From Octopus vulgaris (taxonomy: Eukaryota), in assembly GCA_951406725.2 (NCBI GenBank), contig OX597830.1:4154001-4218000 (forward strand): a stretch of 64,000 nucleotides of DNA, in the 5' to 3' direction. A program made the translations under genes and the position numbers. Of this stretch, positions 52,297 through 64,000 are shown in pieces (the stretch's first letter is position 1; each line of letters opens with the position of its first letter). The notes below the pieces were generated by a model. That model did no database searches. It was not told the DNA's origin and worked only from the letters and a program-made list of their open reading frames with translations.

Positions 52297-54329
52297 ACAC
52301 TCACACATACTCACACATACACACACATTTATATGCACAAATACATAGACATCCTACACTGCATCCAAAGAATGACTCCTGAATGAAGTTGGCCACCTCC
52401 ACCACCACCACCATCTTCTGCTCTACTTTCCTCTCTCAGCCAGTTCTACAACTGCCATAATGACCTCTGCTCCTGAAAGCTCTTGAATCACCCCCCCTCT
52501 CTACTCAACCCCTTTTCATTCACTCATCACCCATATTGTGTTCATCCCTCCCAACACCACCACCACCATTTAATACCACTCTACCCAATCCTTCCTGCTC
52601 AGACTGACAACCCTCTGGAATAGCATTTTTTTTTTCTGCAGTCATCAACTAGAATAGAAAGGGCAGGGATCAGCCCCTTCTTTTAGACCGAGGGAATAAA
52701 AAGACAAAAAACAAGTCATTTGCATGTGTGCACACACACAACACACACACACACACACATACTCACCCAAATACACCAATACAAACCTACTTAGAAGAAT
52801 CTATCTATCTATCATCATCATTATCGTTTAACGTCCGTTTTTCCATGCTGGCATGGGTTGGACAGTGTGACTGAGGACTGGTAAGCCAGGAGTCTGCACC
52901 AGGTTCCAATCTGATCATGTGTATGCATATGTGCTACATTGTGTGTGTTTTTGTGTGTGTGTGTATGTGTGTGTGTATATATTTTGTCTTATTCATAAGA
53001 AAGCTATTTTCTCTGAAATACTAAAGAAACACATTTCTATAATCCTAGGATATGTTATTTCTGGGTTATATTTGGCACCTTTTTGCATTATTCAACTCTT
53101 TCCTTCCACCATGAACACACACACTCTGTCTGTCTGTCTGTCTGTCTCTTTCTCGCTGTGCACAGCCACACCAACAAACACGCCGAAGCATACAGCAACA
53201 CCCATTCACACACACACACACACACACTCATGAAATGACATATTCATACTATTTTAGTTTTTATTCTACTTCCAGTCATTGGACTATGGCCATGCTGGAG
53301 CATGACCATGAAGGGTTTAGTCAACCAAATGACAACACTAATCAATAATTTGTGCCTGATTCTCATTCTATCCTTCTTTTTTTTTGTTTTGCTGAACCAC
53401 TAAGTTACAAGAATGTAAGCAATCCAACACCAGCTTTCCAGTGGTGAGTAACAAACACAATAACTAACACACACACAGACACACACACACGTGTTCTTTT
53501 GTTGCCTTATCGATTTGCACATTGCAAATACTCAGAGTAGTCACAAATCCATTCGTCTTTGAATAAATAAACTCTACAGCACATATTGAGTACACTTTTC
53601 CTCATTTGTAAAACCATACACATGTTTGTGAGTATACATTTACAGATATGCTTATATATATATATATATATATATATATGCGTACATATATATTTTTGTG
53701 TGTTTGTGTGCATATGTGGTTGTATTTGTGTGTGTGTGTGTGTGTATTTGTAAATTGCCTTCCTGTTTTATCACAAGCTAATGGACAGTTCTAAAATAAA
53801 TATTCTCTAAGTATGGAATGTTAAAATGGTTCCATCTTAAAACAGACACCTAAGAAAACCATTCCATTTCTAATTTATGTTTCTATTCTACAGTCAGAAA
53901 TACACTTCGTTTACATTGCTCACATAAATGCATCCACTTAAAAGTTCTAATTAATTAACTTTTTTTTTATATGTATTTATTTTAAGTATGCCAACGGTGA
54001 TATTAAAAAGGAATTTTATTCGAAATTTAAAAATCAAAAAGAAACCATTTCCTTTACAATATGTAATGAAGTTTATTAAAAAAAATAAATGGAATGAAAT
54101 GATTGAAATATGATATAGAAAAATAATATGCATTATGCTTCCTTATTATATGATTAAATTGAAATTTAATTTAATCCAATTAGACAATGTCATTTGCTGG
54201 ATAAAATGAAATCTAATATCATCTCTAAATTTTCATTGCATTATTTTACCTCTCTTGTTACATTTAGCCACTGACTATGAATTGTGGGTAAATAGAATCT
54301 CATTCTTCAATCCGTACAATCTCTCCCTC

Positions 54330-54381
<52 letters not shown>

Positions 54382-54442
54382 ATGTCTGTCTGTCTGTCTA
54401 TCTATCTCTCTGTCTATCTACCTATCTATCTGTCTATCTATA

Positions 54443-54505
<63 letters not shown>

Positions 54506-54612
54506 ATGTCTGTCTGTCTGTCTATCTCTCTGTCTATCTACATATCTCTCTGTCTATCTATATGTCTGTCTGTCTGTCTATCTATCTCTTTGTCTATCTA
54601 CCTATCTATCTA
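54330..54612. repeat. (TCTA/TCTG)n compound microsatellite with a higher-order period of about 60 bp
   Basis: tatatgtctgtctgtctgtcta recurs four times about 60 bp apart. Confidence 0.9.
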
Positions 54613-55697
54613 TAGATAGATAGATTAACAGCTAAACAGAGATACACACACACACACTCATCTTAAATTAAACCTTTATCAGTGCACTTAAAAGGGAATT
54701 CATAGGACAGATATGAAGAGAACATTTTCAATCACCAATAAACGTGAAGCAAAAATGGTGATGGATATTGAATTCCTCAATGCCTTCTTTTTATGACTAC
54801 ATGAAACTCACACAACTGTAAAAGGATTTCATTAATTTACATTTAAACCTATATAAATTTTTTCCCCTTTTTTATTTTTGTTTTGTAAAATTGAAAATAC
54901 GTTGTGCAAAGGATCTCTTAGAAACTTCAATTCATGGAATTTGACCTGGAAAACAGCCAAAGTTAGTTTGATAAATATCAAATTAATACCATGAAAGATT
55001 TTCATATTAAAACTTCTGATAAATTATTTTATGTCTCAGATATTTAATGGTTAACAGAAATTCGTTTGATGGAATTGGATAATTATTATGAAGAACTAAA
55101 GCTTCATCTGTCTCTCCTCTTGGAATGGAACTTTCCTGTCAGACTATTCTATTGCAGTATGACGTATTATTGAGAATCTTTTCAACTCTCACGCTATCAA
55201 GTGTAATGTGACTTGTGGGATACAATATGTCACACACACACTTGCATACACGCACACTCTCGCTTCATGTGCACATATAATTTGAGTGACTGTTTCCTAT
55301 TATTAAGTCACACACATACATTTCTATGTGAACAACATTATTCTTTAATCTACCTTCAATTCTGCGTATATGCATCATCCACATGCAACATAGACATCTC
55401 ATATTAGACATGCTATTTTTAAGAACTGAAGTGTTGATAACATCTTTCCACTGTTGACATGACAACCAAGATATATTCAACAGGAGAAGAAAAAAACCCA
55501 CAACAACCCACGTCATGATACCTTCTCCTCTTTCAAACTCTTCAAACTTCTTATTCCAAATGCTAGGCCCACACTGTGTCTGAATCAATTCCCATGCTAC
55601 GCACTTCACCCACAACATAGACACCTGTTTATAAATGATGTAATGTTTATCTGTTCATTACAGTTTTTTTTTTTTGCTATTATTATTTAGTCATGTC

Positions 55698-55910
55698 AGG
55701 GCAGCAAGCTGGCTGAACCATTAGCACACCAGGCTTAATGGCATTTCACCTGTCTTTAGGTTCTGAGTTCAAATTCCACCAAAGTTGACCTACCCTTTCA
55801 TCCTTTCAGAGTCAATAAAATAAGTACCAGTTATGCACTGGTGTCGATGTAATCGACTTACCCCTTCCCCTAAAATTTCAGGCCTTGTGCCTATAGTAGA
55901 AAGGATTATT
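55698..55910 (+). mobile_element. SINE family 2 (Nin/Deu-like)
   Basis: gttctgagttcaaattcc B-box, cctttcatcctttcagagtcaataaaataagtaccag core. Confidence 0.8.
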
Positions 55911-56903
55911 TAAATATATCAGCTTTTTTAATGTCCTTCATGTAAACACTTAACAGTATCCAATTAATTTCACAATTATGCAGTTTATTTTCTTTTACAA
56001 TTCTTAGCTTCATTGCACATCATGTCATGCTTGAATGGTTTCAGTACTATACTGGCTTTTCTTTGCAAAGACAGCCTGGGCCCTGCTCCCTTCTTTATTT
56101 TTATTAGTGGTTCTGCATGACCCTCACTTCAGTGGCACAGCACCTTTATAAAAAAAAAAAGAGCATGAGAAGTAGAGAGAGAGAGGGATAATAAAAGAGA
56201 GAGAGAGAAGAATTAACCTCAATACCTGAGAGATACTTTATTTATTAATCCGAGAAGGATGAAACTTGACTTCATCAGGTCTTGAACTTTGGAGAGACAG
56301 AGTTTAGGAAAAACACCACAAGGTATTCTATAAAAGAGTAGTGTCCAAAGTTTGAACTAAACATTATTGGAATGTATTTGAAAGCCAACTTTCTAAACAA
56401 ATGTTAAATGAATTCTATTACATCTTCATCTGACAGAATATCCCAAGAACTGAGGAAGCTGAGTACCAAGTGTATATTCTCACAAATGTCTTATTTGCTT
56501 GAATATAATTCATATTATATGGTGTTTGAATATTCCCAAAAAAATGGGATTGCTTGGATATAATTGATATAAAAAAACAAAACAGTGATGACATCTAAGC
56601 ATTGTTTTCAAATGTGTGGTGTGGGTGTGGGGGGGTGTGTGCATCCTTAAATGCACTTTCAAATGTATGAAAATACATGTATAATTGTGTATGTGGTTGT
56701 ATTTTCATGCATGTATAAATATGCTTATATATATATATATATATGCATATATAGATATGCAGGTATACATATATGTATGTGTGTAGGCATGTACATATAT
56801 CTCTGCATATATGCACATGCATGTGCACGTGTATGTATATATGCACATCTGTGTATGCATGTATATATGTGTGTTCATGTATATATATATGTGTGTGTGT
56901 ATA

Positions 56904-56934
<31 letters not shown>

Positions 56935-58150
56935 AGATATAGATAGATAGATAGATACACGCATGTAGACATATTTACATGTGTAAATGTGTGAAGGAGG
57001 TGATTGTCTAACAACAGTAAAATATATATGTATATATATATGTATGTATGTATGTATATATATATATATATAGACACACACACGTGTGTGCATGCATGTC
57101 TCATAGTAACATATACTTACAAATGTGTGTGTGTGATTGATAGCAGATACAGGCTCTCAGTTTACAAGCAGAGTAGTAGAGTTTAAAGCTTCACTGGATC
57201 TGTCCCACAGAGATTTAGTACCAGAATAATTTAATTTATCAACGCTGCTGCTACCAATGTTGTCTTAGATGTATGTATAAAGTTTATAATGTAATTCACC
57301 TAGCATGGAAAGAGACGAACATAGAACTTATGATGAATGCCTTTTTTTTATATTAATTTATTAATGTTGCCACAGAGTCAAGTAAAATATATATAAGAGG
57401 TCCTGTAACACTAAAATGAATCTATTCATCTGGTAGTGGAGGAAATTTTTTTTTTAAGAAATAGAAACCCATACAACGTGAACTATATATTAGAATATGC
57501 TTATGCATAATATGCTTTTGATTTGTTAAAAACTGGCAAACTAGCTGGCTTTTATGCAAGTTTGTAGCTGGGTGTGGCTGTTCGAGTCTATGCATGAATG
57601 AGCACTAGCTGATAAAAAGAGAAATATATTTATATATGATAGTGTTTATAATCATTTTGTAATCAAAGTTTCACCTAGATGTAAAGGAATTATTGATGCA
57701 TATATAGATAGTCTAGATTATATTTTGGGCCTTCCTTTCACTAATAAAGCACCTTGCTTGGTACAAATTTATCAAAAAGATATTTGGGGAGAATGTTTCT
57801 CAAAATGGAAACGAAGTTAGAGAGAAATGGTTTACTTAAAACTTTGCTAACTGGTTTACGCAAAATGTTCTTTTCTATAGAAAACCTGGAAACACAAAAG
57901 TGAATTTGGTGTTGAATTTGTAGGAATGTTGGAAAATTAAATTATCTCATTAGTCATTGTCTGTCTGCTAGAATACAGTTTGGATAATTTGATGTCAGGA
58001 AGAAATAGCATTAATTACTCATTCTTTGTTAACATCTTTTTTTTATAGAGAATATATATATAGATGCATACATTATATATATAGAAAAATTTCTGTATAT
58101 ATTTATAGATATCTATACGTTATATATGTATATGTGTGTGTGTATATATA

Positions 58151-58182
<32 letters not shown>

Positions 58183-58338
58183 TAAGGTAGATCTTATTCA
58201 GTTATCATCTACCAATTCCATTTTGAAGGCATTGGTCTGTTTGGTGCCATAATAGAACACACTTGCCTTCAGTGGAACATACCTGAAACCAAACCACATG
58301 GCTCTGAAGCAATATTTTTTGCTATATAGGTTTCTCTT

Positions 58339-58393
<55 letters not shown>

Positions 58394-58456
58394 ATATATA
58401 TATATATATATACATGCGTGTGTGTGCGTGCACGCATTCATATGTATGTGTGTGTG

Positions 58457-58705
58457 AGGAACAATAAGCAGGTGTATTAGTTTGATGCTCGAAAAAACTG
58501 GAGGAGTCTTTGACATTTTGAGTCTACTGAAATGTAGAGTAGATAAAACAGCTGACAACTGATGAAGGGTCGTTCTTTATGTTATTTGTCTTGTTTTCTA
58601 TTTTTTCCTTGTTCACAAAAATGTTTGTATTCCATGTTTTCATATTTTGTACTTCGTCTTGTTTTAGTATTTCATTTTGTTTACATTCTGTGATGCCCTG
58701 TACCC
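58457..58705. mobile_element. Microsatellite-embedded composite insert; left part is a minus-strand relative of the 26717-26870 element
   Basis: Reverse of 58457-58527 reads gtagactcaaaatgtcaaag...gagcatcaaactaatacacctgctt versus gtaggctcgaaatgtaaaag...gagcattatactaatacatctgttt at 26760. Confidence 0.55.
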
Positions 58706-58732
58706 ATATATGCATATGTATATACATATATT

Positions 58733-58925
58733 ATCATCATCATCATCGTTTAACGTCCACTTTCCATGCTAGCATGGGTTGGACGATTTTGACAGAGGGC
58801 TGGCGAACCAGATGGTTGCACCAGTCTCCAATCTTGATTTGGCAGAGTTTCTACAGCTGGATGCCTTTCCTAACGCCAACCACTCCGAGAGTGTAGTGGG
58901 TGCTTTTTACATGCCACAGGCACGA
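58733..58925 (-). mobile_element. RTE 3' tail fragment
   Basis: (CAT)n-cgtttaacgtccactttccatgctagcatggg...ctacagctggatgcc; similar tails near 6750, 9880, 27000, 35497, 45315 and 52810. Confidence 0.8.
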
Positions 58926-58934
58926 TATATATAT

Positions 58935-60926
58935 ATGCCACAGACTGTGGATGGTACAAAGTCCCTTCCAGACCTAGAGTTACGTGGTGGTGGTGGAATA
59001 GTACAGTAGACAAAGAAACAGGCCTGGAAAGCCTGGAGGGATGGGGGTAGCAGGGAACTGTACCAGGTAGCCAAAAGGGAGGCTGGGTGGCAGGTATACA
59101 TAGCCAAGGGTGAAGCAGAAAAGAAGAAGTTTGCCAATGTCCAGCGACGTGAGGACCAAAGAATTGAGGTATTTCGGATTGCAAGACAGTGTGTGAGAGA
59201 AAATAGTGATGTTACAGGAGAGAAATGCATCCGCATGGATGATGGTGCACTTGCTTTCAATGTTTCTGAAAAGAAAAAGGCTTGGAGAAGCCATTATGAG
59301 AGACTGCTGAATGTGGAGAATGAATGGGAGGAGGAGAGCCTGCCAAATGTTGACCCAGTAGAGGGACCAGCTATCCAAATAGACAGCTCCCTAGTAGTTA
59401 AGGCAATTAAGGGTATGAAAAGCCCCATGCCCCATGCCCATCAGGAATCACTGCTGAGATGCTTGAAACATCTGGTGGTGTGGGCTATGGCCTAGTCACC
59501 CGCACTGTAAACCAGGTAGTTTATAATGGAGTCATACCCAATGACTGGCGTAGCAGCACCATAGTCAACTGCTACAAGGATAAAGGTGATGCTCTAGATA
59601 GAAATAACTACAGGGGTATTAAACTGTTGGATCAGGCGATGAAGATCACAGAGAGGGTCATAGCCCATCTCATTAGGGAGAGAATTTGCTTAGATGAGAT
59701 GCAGTTCAGTTTTGTGCCAGGTAGGTAGAAGCACCACTGATGCCATATTCCTGGTTCGACAACTGCAGGAGAAATACCTAGCTAAAGATAAACCCCTCTA
59801 CATAGCTTTCGTGGACTTGGAGAAAGCCTTTGACAGGGCCCCTCGAACTCTTTTCTGGTGGGCGATGCGGAAACTGGAGACTGATGAATGGTTAATAAGG
59901 GCTGTACAGGCCCTATACAGAGAGGCTGTCAGCACAGTTAGGATTGACAATGAGTATAGTGAAGAATTCCGGGTAGAAGTAGGTGTCCACCAAGGTTCAG
60001 CCCTCAGTCTCCTTTTATTCATCATAGTCCTCCAGGCAATATCAGAGGAATTCAAGACGTGTTGTCCCTGGGAGCTCCTCTATGCTGATGACTGATGGCT
60101 GTCATAGCAGAATCACTACTGGAACTAGAAAAGAAATTTCGGGTGTGGAAGTAAATGTAGCAAAGACCAAAGTTATAGTAAGCAGAAAGGTGAACTCATC
60201 ACCTCCCCACCCCGGGCAGGTGGCTCTGCTCGATCTGTAGGAAAGGTGTAGGTAGAAAATCCATAAGATGTACCCAGTGTAAGCTATGGACACATAAGAG
60301 GTGCACAAACATCAAAGGAAAATTAACTGATAAGATAGCTTTCACGTGCGGCAGATGCACAGGGGCAATAGACACCACAGATACTCAAAAAACAGATTCC
60401 ATCACACTTCAGGGGAAAAAACTAGAAGTAGTTGATAGTTTCTGCTACCTTGGTGACCAAGTTAGTAGTGGAGGTGGATGTTCAGAGAGTGTCACCACCA
60501 GAATACGAATAGCCTGGGCAAAGTTTCGAAAGCTCCTACCCCTACTGGTGACAAAGGGTCTCTCGCTCAGAGTGAAAGGTAGATTGTGTGATGCATGTGT
60601 GCGCACTGCTATGCTTCACGGTAGTGAAACATGGGCTGTGACTGCAGAGGACATGCATAGACTTGAAAGAAATGAAGCTAGCATGATCTGCTGGATGTGT
60701 AATGCCAGTGTGCACACACGACAGAGTGTAAGCACCCTGAGAGAAATGCTGGATATAAGAAGCATCAGATGTGGTGTGCAAGAGAGACGTTTGTGCTGGT
60801 ATGGTCATGTACTGCAGATGGATGAGGAGAGATGTGTGAAGAAGTGCCACTCCCAAACAGTTGAAGGTATCTGGGGGAGAGGTAGACCCAGGAAAACGGA
60901 TGTTAAACGATGATGATGATGATGAT
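58935..60926 (+). mobile_element. 5'-truncated RTE-clade LINE with reverse transcriptase pseudogene
   Basis: PNDWRSSTIVNCYKDKGDALDRNNYRGIKLL, FVDLEKAFDR, GVHQGSALS, ELLYADD, VDSFCYLG, RGRPRKT; several frameshifts; (GAT)n tail. Confidence 0.95.
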
Positions 60927-61039
60927 ATATGTAAGTATGTACATATATGCATGTATATATGCATATATGCATATTACTTATATATATATTTTTTTTCCTT
61001 CTGTTATTGTTATAGTTGTCTTTGTTGTTTTATTTCGAT

Positions 61040-61107
<68 letters not shown>

Positions 61108-61489
61108 TCAGTGATATTATCATTTTACTCAAGTTGTCTTAAGAGTGAATGATAGTTAAACAATTGGATTACCTAAAAGAATTGAGATAAAAACAATGGT
61201 GGCAACGAAGCAAAGTTATTCAGCATGTTATATATAAAGTATTTACAGCAATCTTCCAACGTTTCTGGAAATAAAGCCATGAATTTAGGCAAAAGTGTCT
61301 TGGTGACAGCTTATAATGAAATCTCATTAATAGAGTGACATGTATATAGGATTATTCTCTAGCATCTTCCTTTTTCAAAGAAACCATTAAATAGCACAAA
61401 CATGTCGACCTGAACCAGAGAGAATAAAAATGAAAGACAGGCAGTTTAATCCACCATATTCATTCAATATCAATGTGAGTTCATGGCTG

Positions 61490-61857
61490 TTTCCTGCACC
61501 AGTTTCACATAGCCCCAGCCCATCCAAAGTACCTTGGATTGCAGAATGACCTGCTGTGCTTACCATGGATCGTAGGGTGACATCAAAATAAGTATCAAAT
61601 GGAAATTGTAGTTGTGATACCTGTGCTGATGGCACGTAAAAAGCACCAACCGATCATGGCTGCTGCCAGCCTCCACTGGCACATAAAAAGCTCCCACTAT
61701 ACTCACAGAGTGGTTGGCGTTAAGAAGGGCGTCCATCTGTAGAAACACTGCCAGATCAGACTGGGCCTGGTGCAGCCTCCTGGCTTCCCAGACCCCGGTT
61801 GAACCATCCAACTCATGCTAGTATGGAAAACGGACAGTAAATGATGATGATGATGAT
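61490..61857 (+). mobile_element. RTE 3'UTR/tail fragment
   Basis: Reverse complement of the 33665-33850 type sequence; ends ggaaaacggacagtaaatgatgatg. Confidence 0.8.
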
Positions 61858-62619
61858 TCAATATCAAACAAGTAGGCAGGAAAAATATTCCTCTATCTTG
61901 TATAATTACTGTCTTTCAGACGTAAATTTCAGAAAATTTTTAATCCAAATGCACTCAAAATAAGCCATCAACAGTGATGTTTGTCACTGGTATCTCATTA
62001 TCCTTTAATAGTCATGAAATAACGAGTAATTCTTATAACTAGGTCACCACAAATTGTGACATTCATTCACAGACTTTATACACAGAAAATGGTAATTGCC
62101 TTGAAAAATTAGTCATCAAACATCAATCAGATGTCATCTAATATTAATCAGAATAAATTAGATCACATAGAAATAACAACAAATCAATTTAAGAACAGAC
62201 ATAACCAGAATATATACACATTTAGAATACTCTAACTCTTCAAAAAAAAACATTGGTATGAGTTTAGTCAAAAATACATAGTTTTAGAAACATAACAAGT
62301 TCACCTACATTATTAATTGGCACCGTTTAGACAAAGCAATATTCTATAAGCAGTCCTATTCATCGTGCAGTTTATATATGCTAAGGAAAAATTTTGATTT
62401 TAAAACACAATGACACTCAATAAACAAATATACTAAATTTATTCTTGCCAACATCGTCTTTGATTCTATATCGGTTTTGTGAAATAACCAGGAACTACTG
62501 CGATTATAGTGATATATAATGTTTTTGTTGTTTTGTTTTATGCCTTAAAGATTACAATAGTGCTAAAGTCATTTCTTTTTAAATTAAGTTTTCTAGTCTT
62601 TCCATAATAACTACATGCA

Positions 62620-62800
62620 ATATATATATATATATATGTATCTATGTGTGTGTGTATATGTTTGTGTGTATGTATGTATGTGTGTGTGTATATGTTTGTG
62701 TGTATGTATGTGTGTGTGTATGTTTGTGTGTATGTATGTGTGTGTATGTATGTATGTGTGTGTATGTATGTATGTATGTATGTATGAATATATGTATGTA
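62620..62800. repeat. (TA/TG/TATG)n compound microsatellite
   Basis: Direct reading. Confidence 0.9.
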
Positions 62801-63252
62801 TTTAAAGTAGATCTTATTTTCTTTGTACATTAGCTTCTTTACAGAAAACAACAAACTCTTTTCAAAACTGAAACACTACTTACTAGTCAGGTAGGGTTTT
62901 AGTAATTAATTATACTTTCATAATATACGAGTAAAAACAAAACTTACCCCGCATTTGCTGATGAGCCATATGATGGTGAAACTTGATGTTGCAAATATAA
63001 AATAACTACACAGCACTTGAAAGACAGGGCATTTTTGTTTTTCTTTATTCTTGCTTCCACTCACACATACACACACAAACTCTATGTTTATGTATGTGTG
63101 TGTGCATGTGTTTGTGTGTGCTGGAGAAAACCATTCCTGTCTATGCAATCAGAGGATGTAACATGATAGTGATGATGGTAAACAAGATATCAAAGATGAA
63201 ACATAGATACATGTGAAGATAGCTTTAATTAAAAATTGTGTGTGTATGTGTC

Positions 63253-63294
<42 letters not shown>

Positions 63295-64000
63295 ACACAG
63301 AGTTTGTCTGTATACTTACATATATTCCAGATTCTAGTTCAATAATTACTGTTGACAGATAACCTCATTATCTTTAATTAGGTTTGTCAACTGTAGCTTA
63401 ATCAGTGCTTCAAGAGCAGGACAGTTATTTTTCACCACACAACACAGTTTTCATTCTTATTCAACAATGACCCATTTTCTTGCATTTAGATTCAGTGTTT
63501 GATTGTTACCTTATCATGAATTCTGAGTTGGGAGTTTCCTTGGGAGTGAGTTGCGTGTTTCCTTTAGTTCCGATATGGTAATATTGGAACTAAAATGTAT
63601 TGACAAAAAAAGGTGTGAATATTGATAGATACTGAAGTCTCTGCGAATTTGCAGATTTCAAACCATAAAATGTAAGAATCTGCTGCCATAGTAACAAAAG
63701 AAACTAAGAGCCAAGATCTTGAGGTCATTTCTAATATGTTTGATGCAGTAATAGTCATAAAATTTCCATTTTCCACTTTTTGGGGTAACAAGATATGGGA
63801 AGGGAAAGCCATCGGTATCTATCAGCAGTCATTAATCAAATAAGGGCTAATGATTATATTTAATCCTTTTTTCACTGTATTGTGTATTTCGTCCTTTTCC
63901 ATCTCATTTTTATTGAACTTCTATAATAATGAGGCTGTATCCTTTAATTTGTTGCTTTCGTATACAAATACTGAGAAGAAAACTTGCATAACAGACATTA

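Noticed and set aside
55265-55624. ORF with a hydrophobic signal-peptide-like stretch after a possible acceptor
   Set aside because: No homology I can recognise, and it runs into low-complexity sequence
63564-63812. 82-aa ATG-initiated ORF
   Set aside because: No recognisable family, and the length is compatible with chance

Overview
AT-rich, repeat-saturated eukaryotic non-coding DNA (intronic or intergenic). The SINE, LINE and microsatellite make-up most resembles an octopus/coleoid cephalopod genome; this is inferred from repeat families I recognise, not from a search. No intact protein-coding gene can be supported, and most ORFs in the track are microsatellite or repeat artefacts. The window holds decayed RTE, CR1-like and R4/Dong-like (RLE) LINEs, a full-length decayed Tc1-like transposon, piggyBac-like MITEs and at least three tRNA-derived SINE families. 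The most interesting signal is a set of short inserts inside (TA)n microsatellites, several arranged as long inverted repeats, that carry type-I hammerhead ribozyme (HHR) motifs. These include a long-stem-II class with covarying stems (11.7-12.2 kb and 32.2 kb) and atypical-core variants (24.6, 26.7 and 30.4 kb). They are consistent with Penelope-like-element pLTR or retrozyme-type remnants. All folds were read by eye, none has been computed or tested, and repeat boundaries are approximate.
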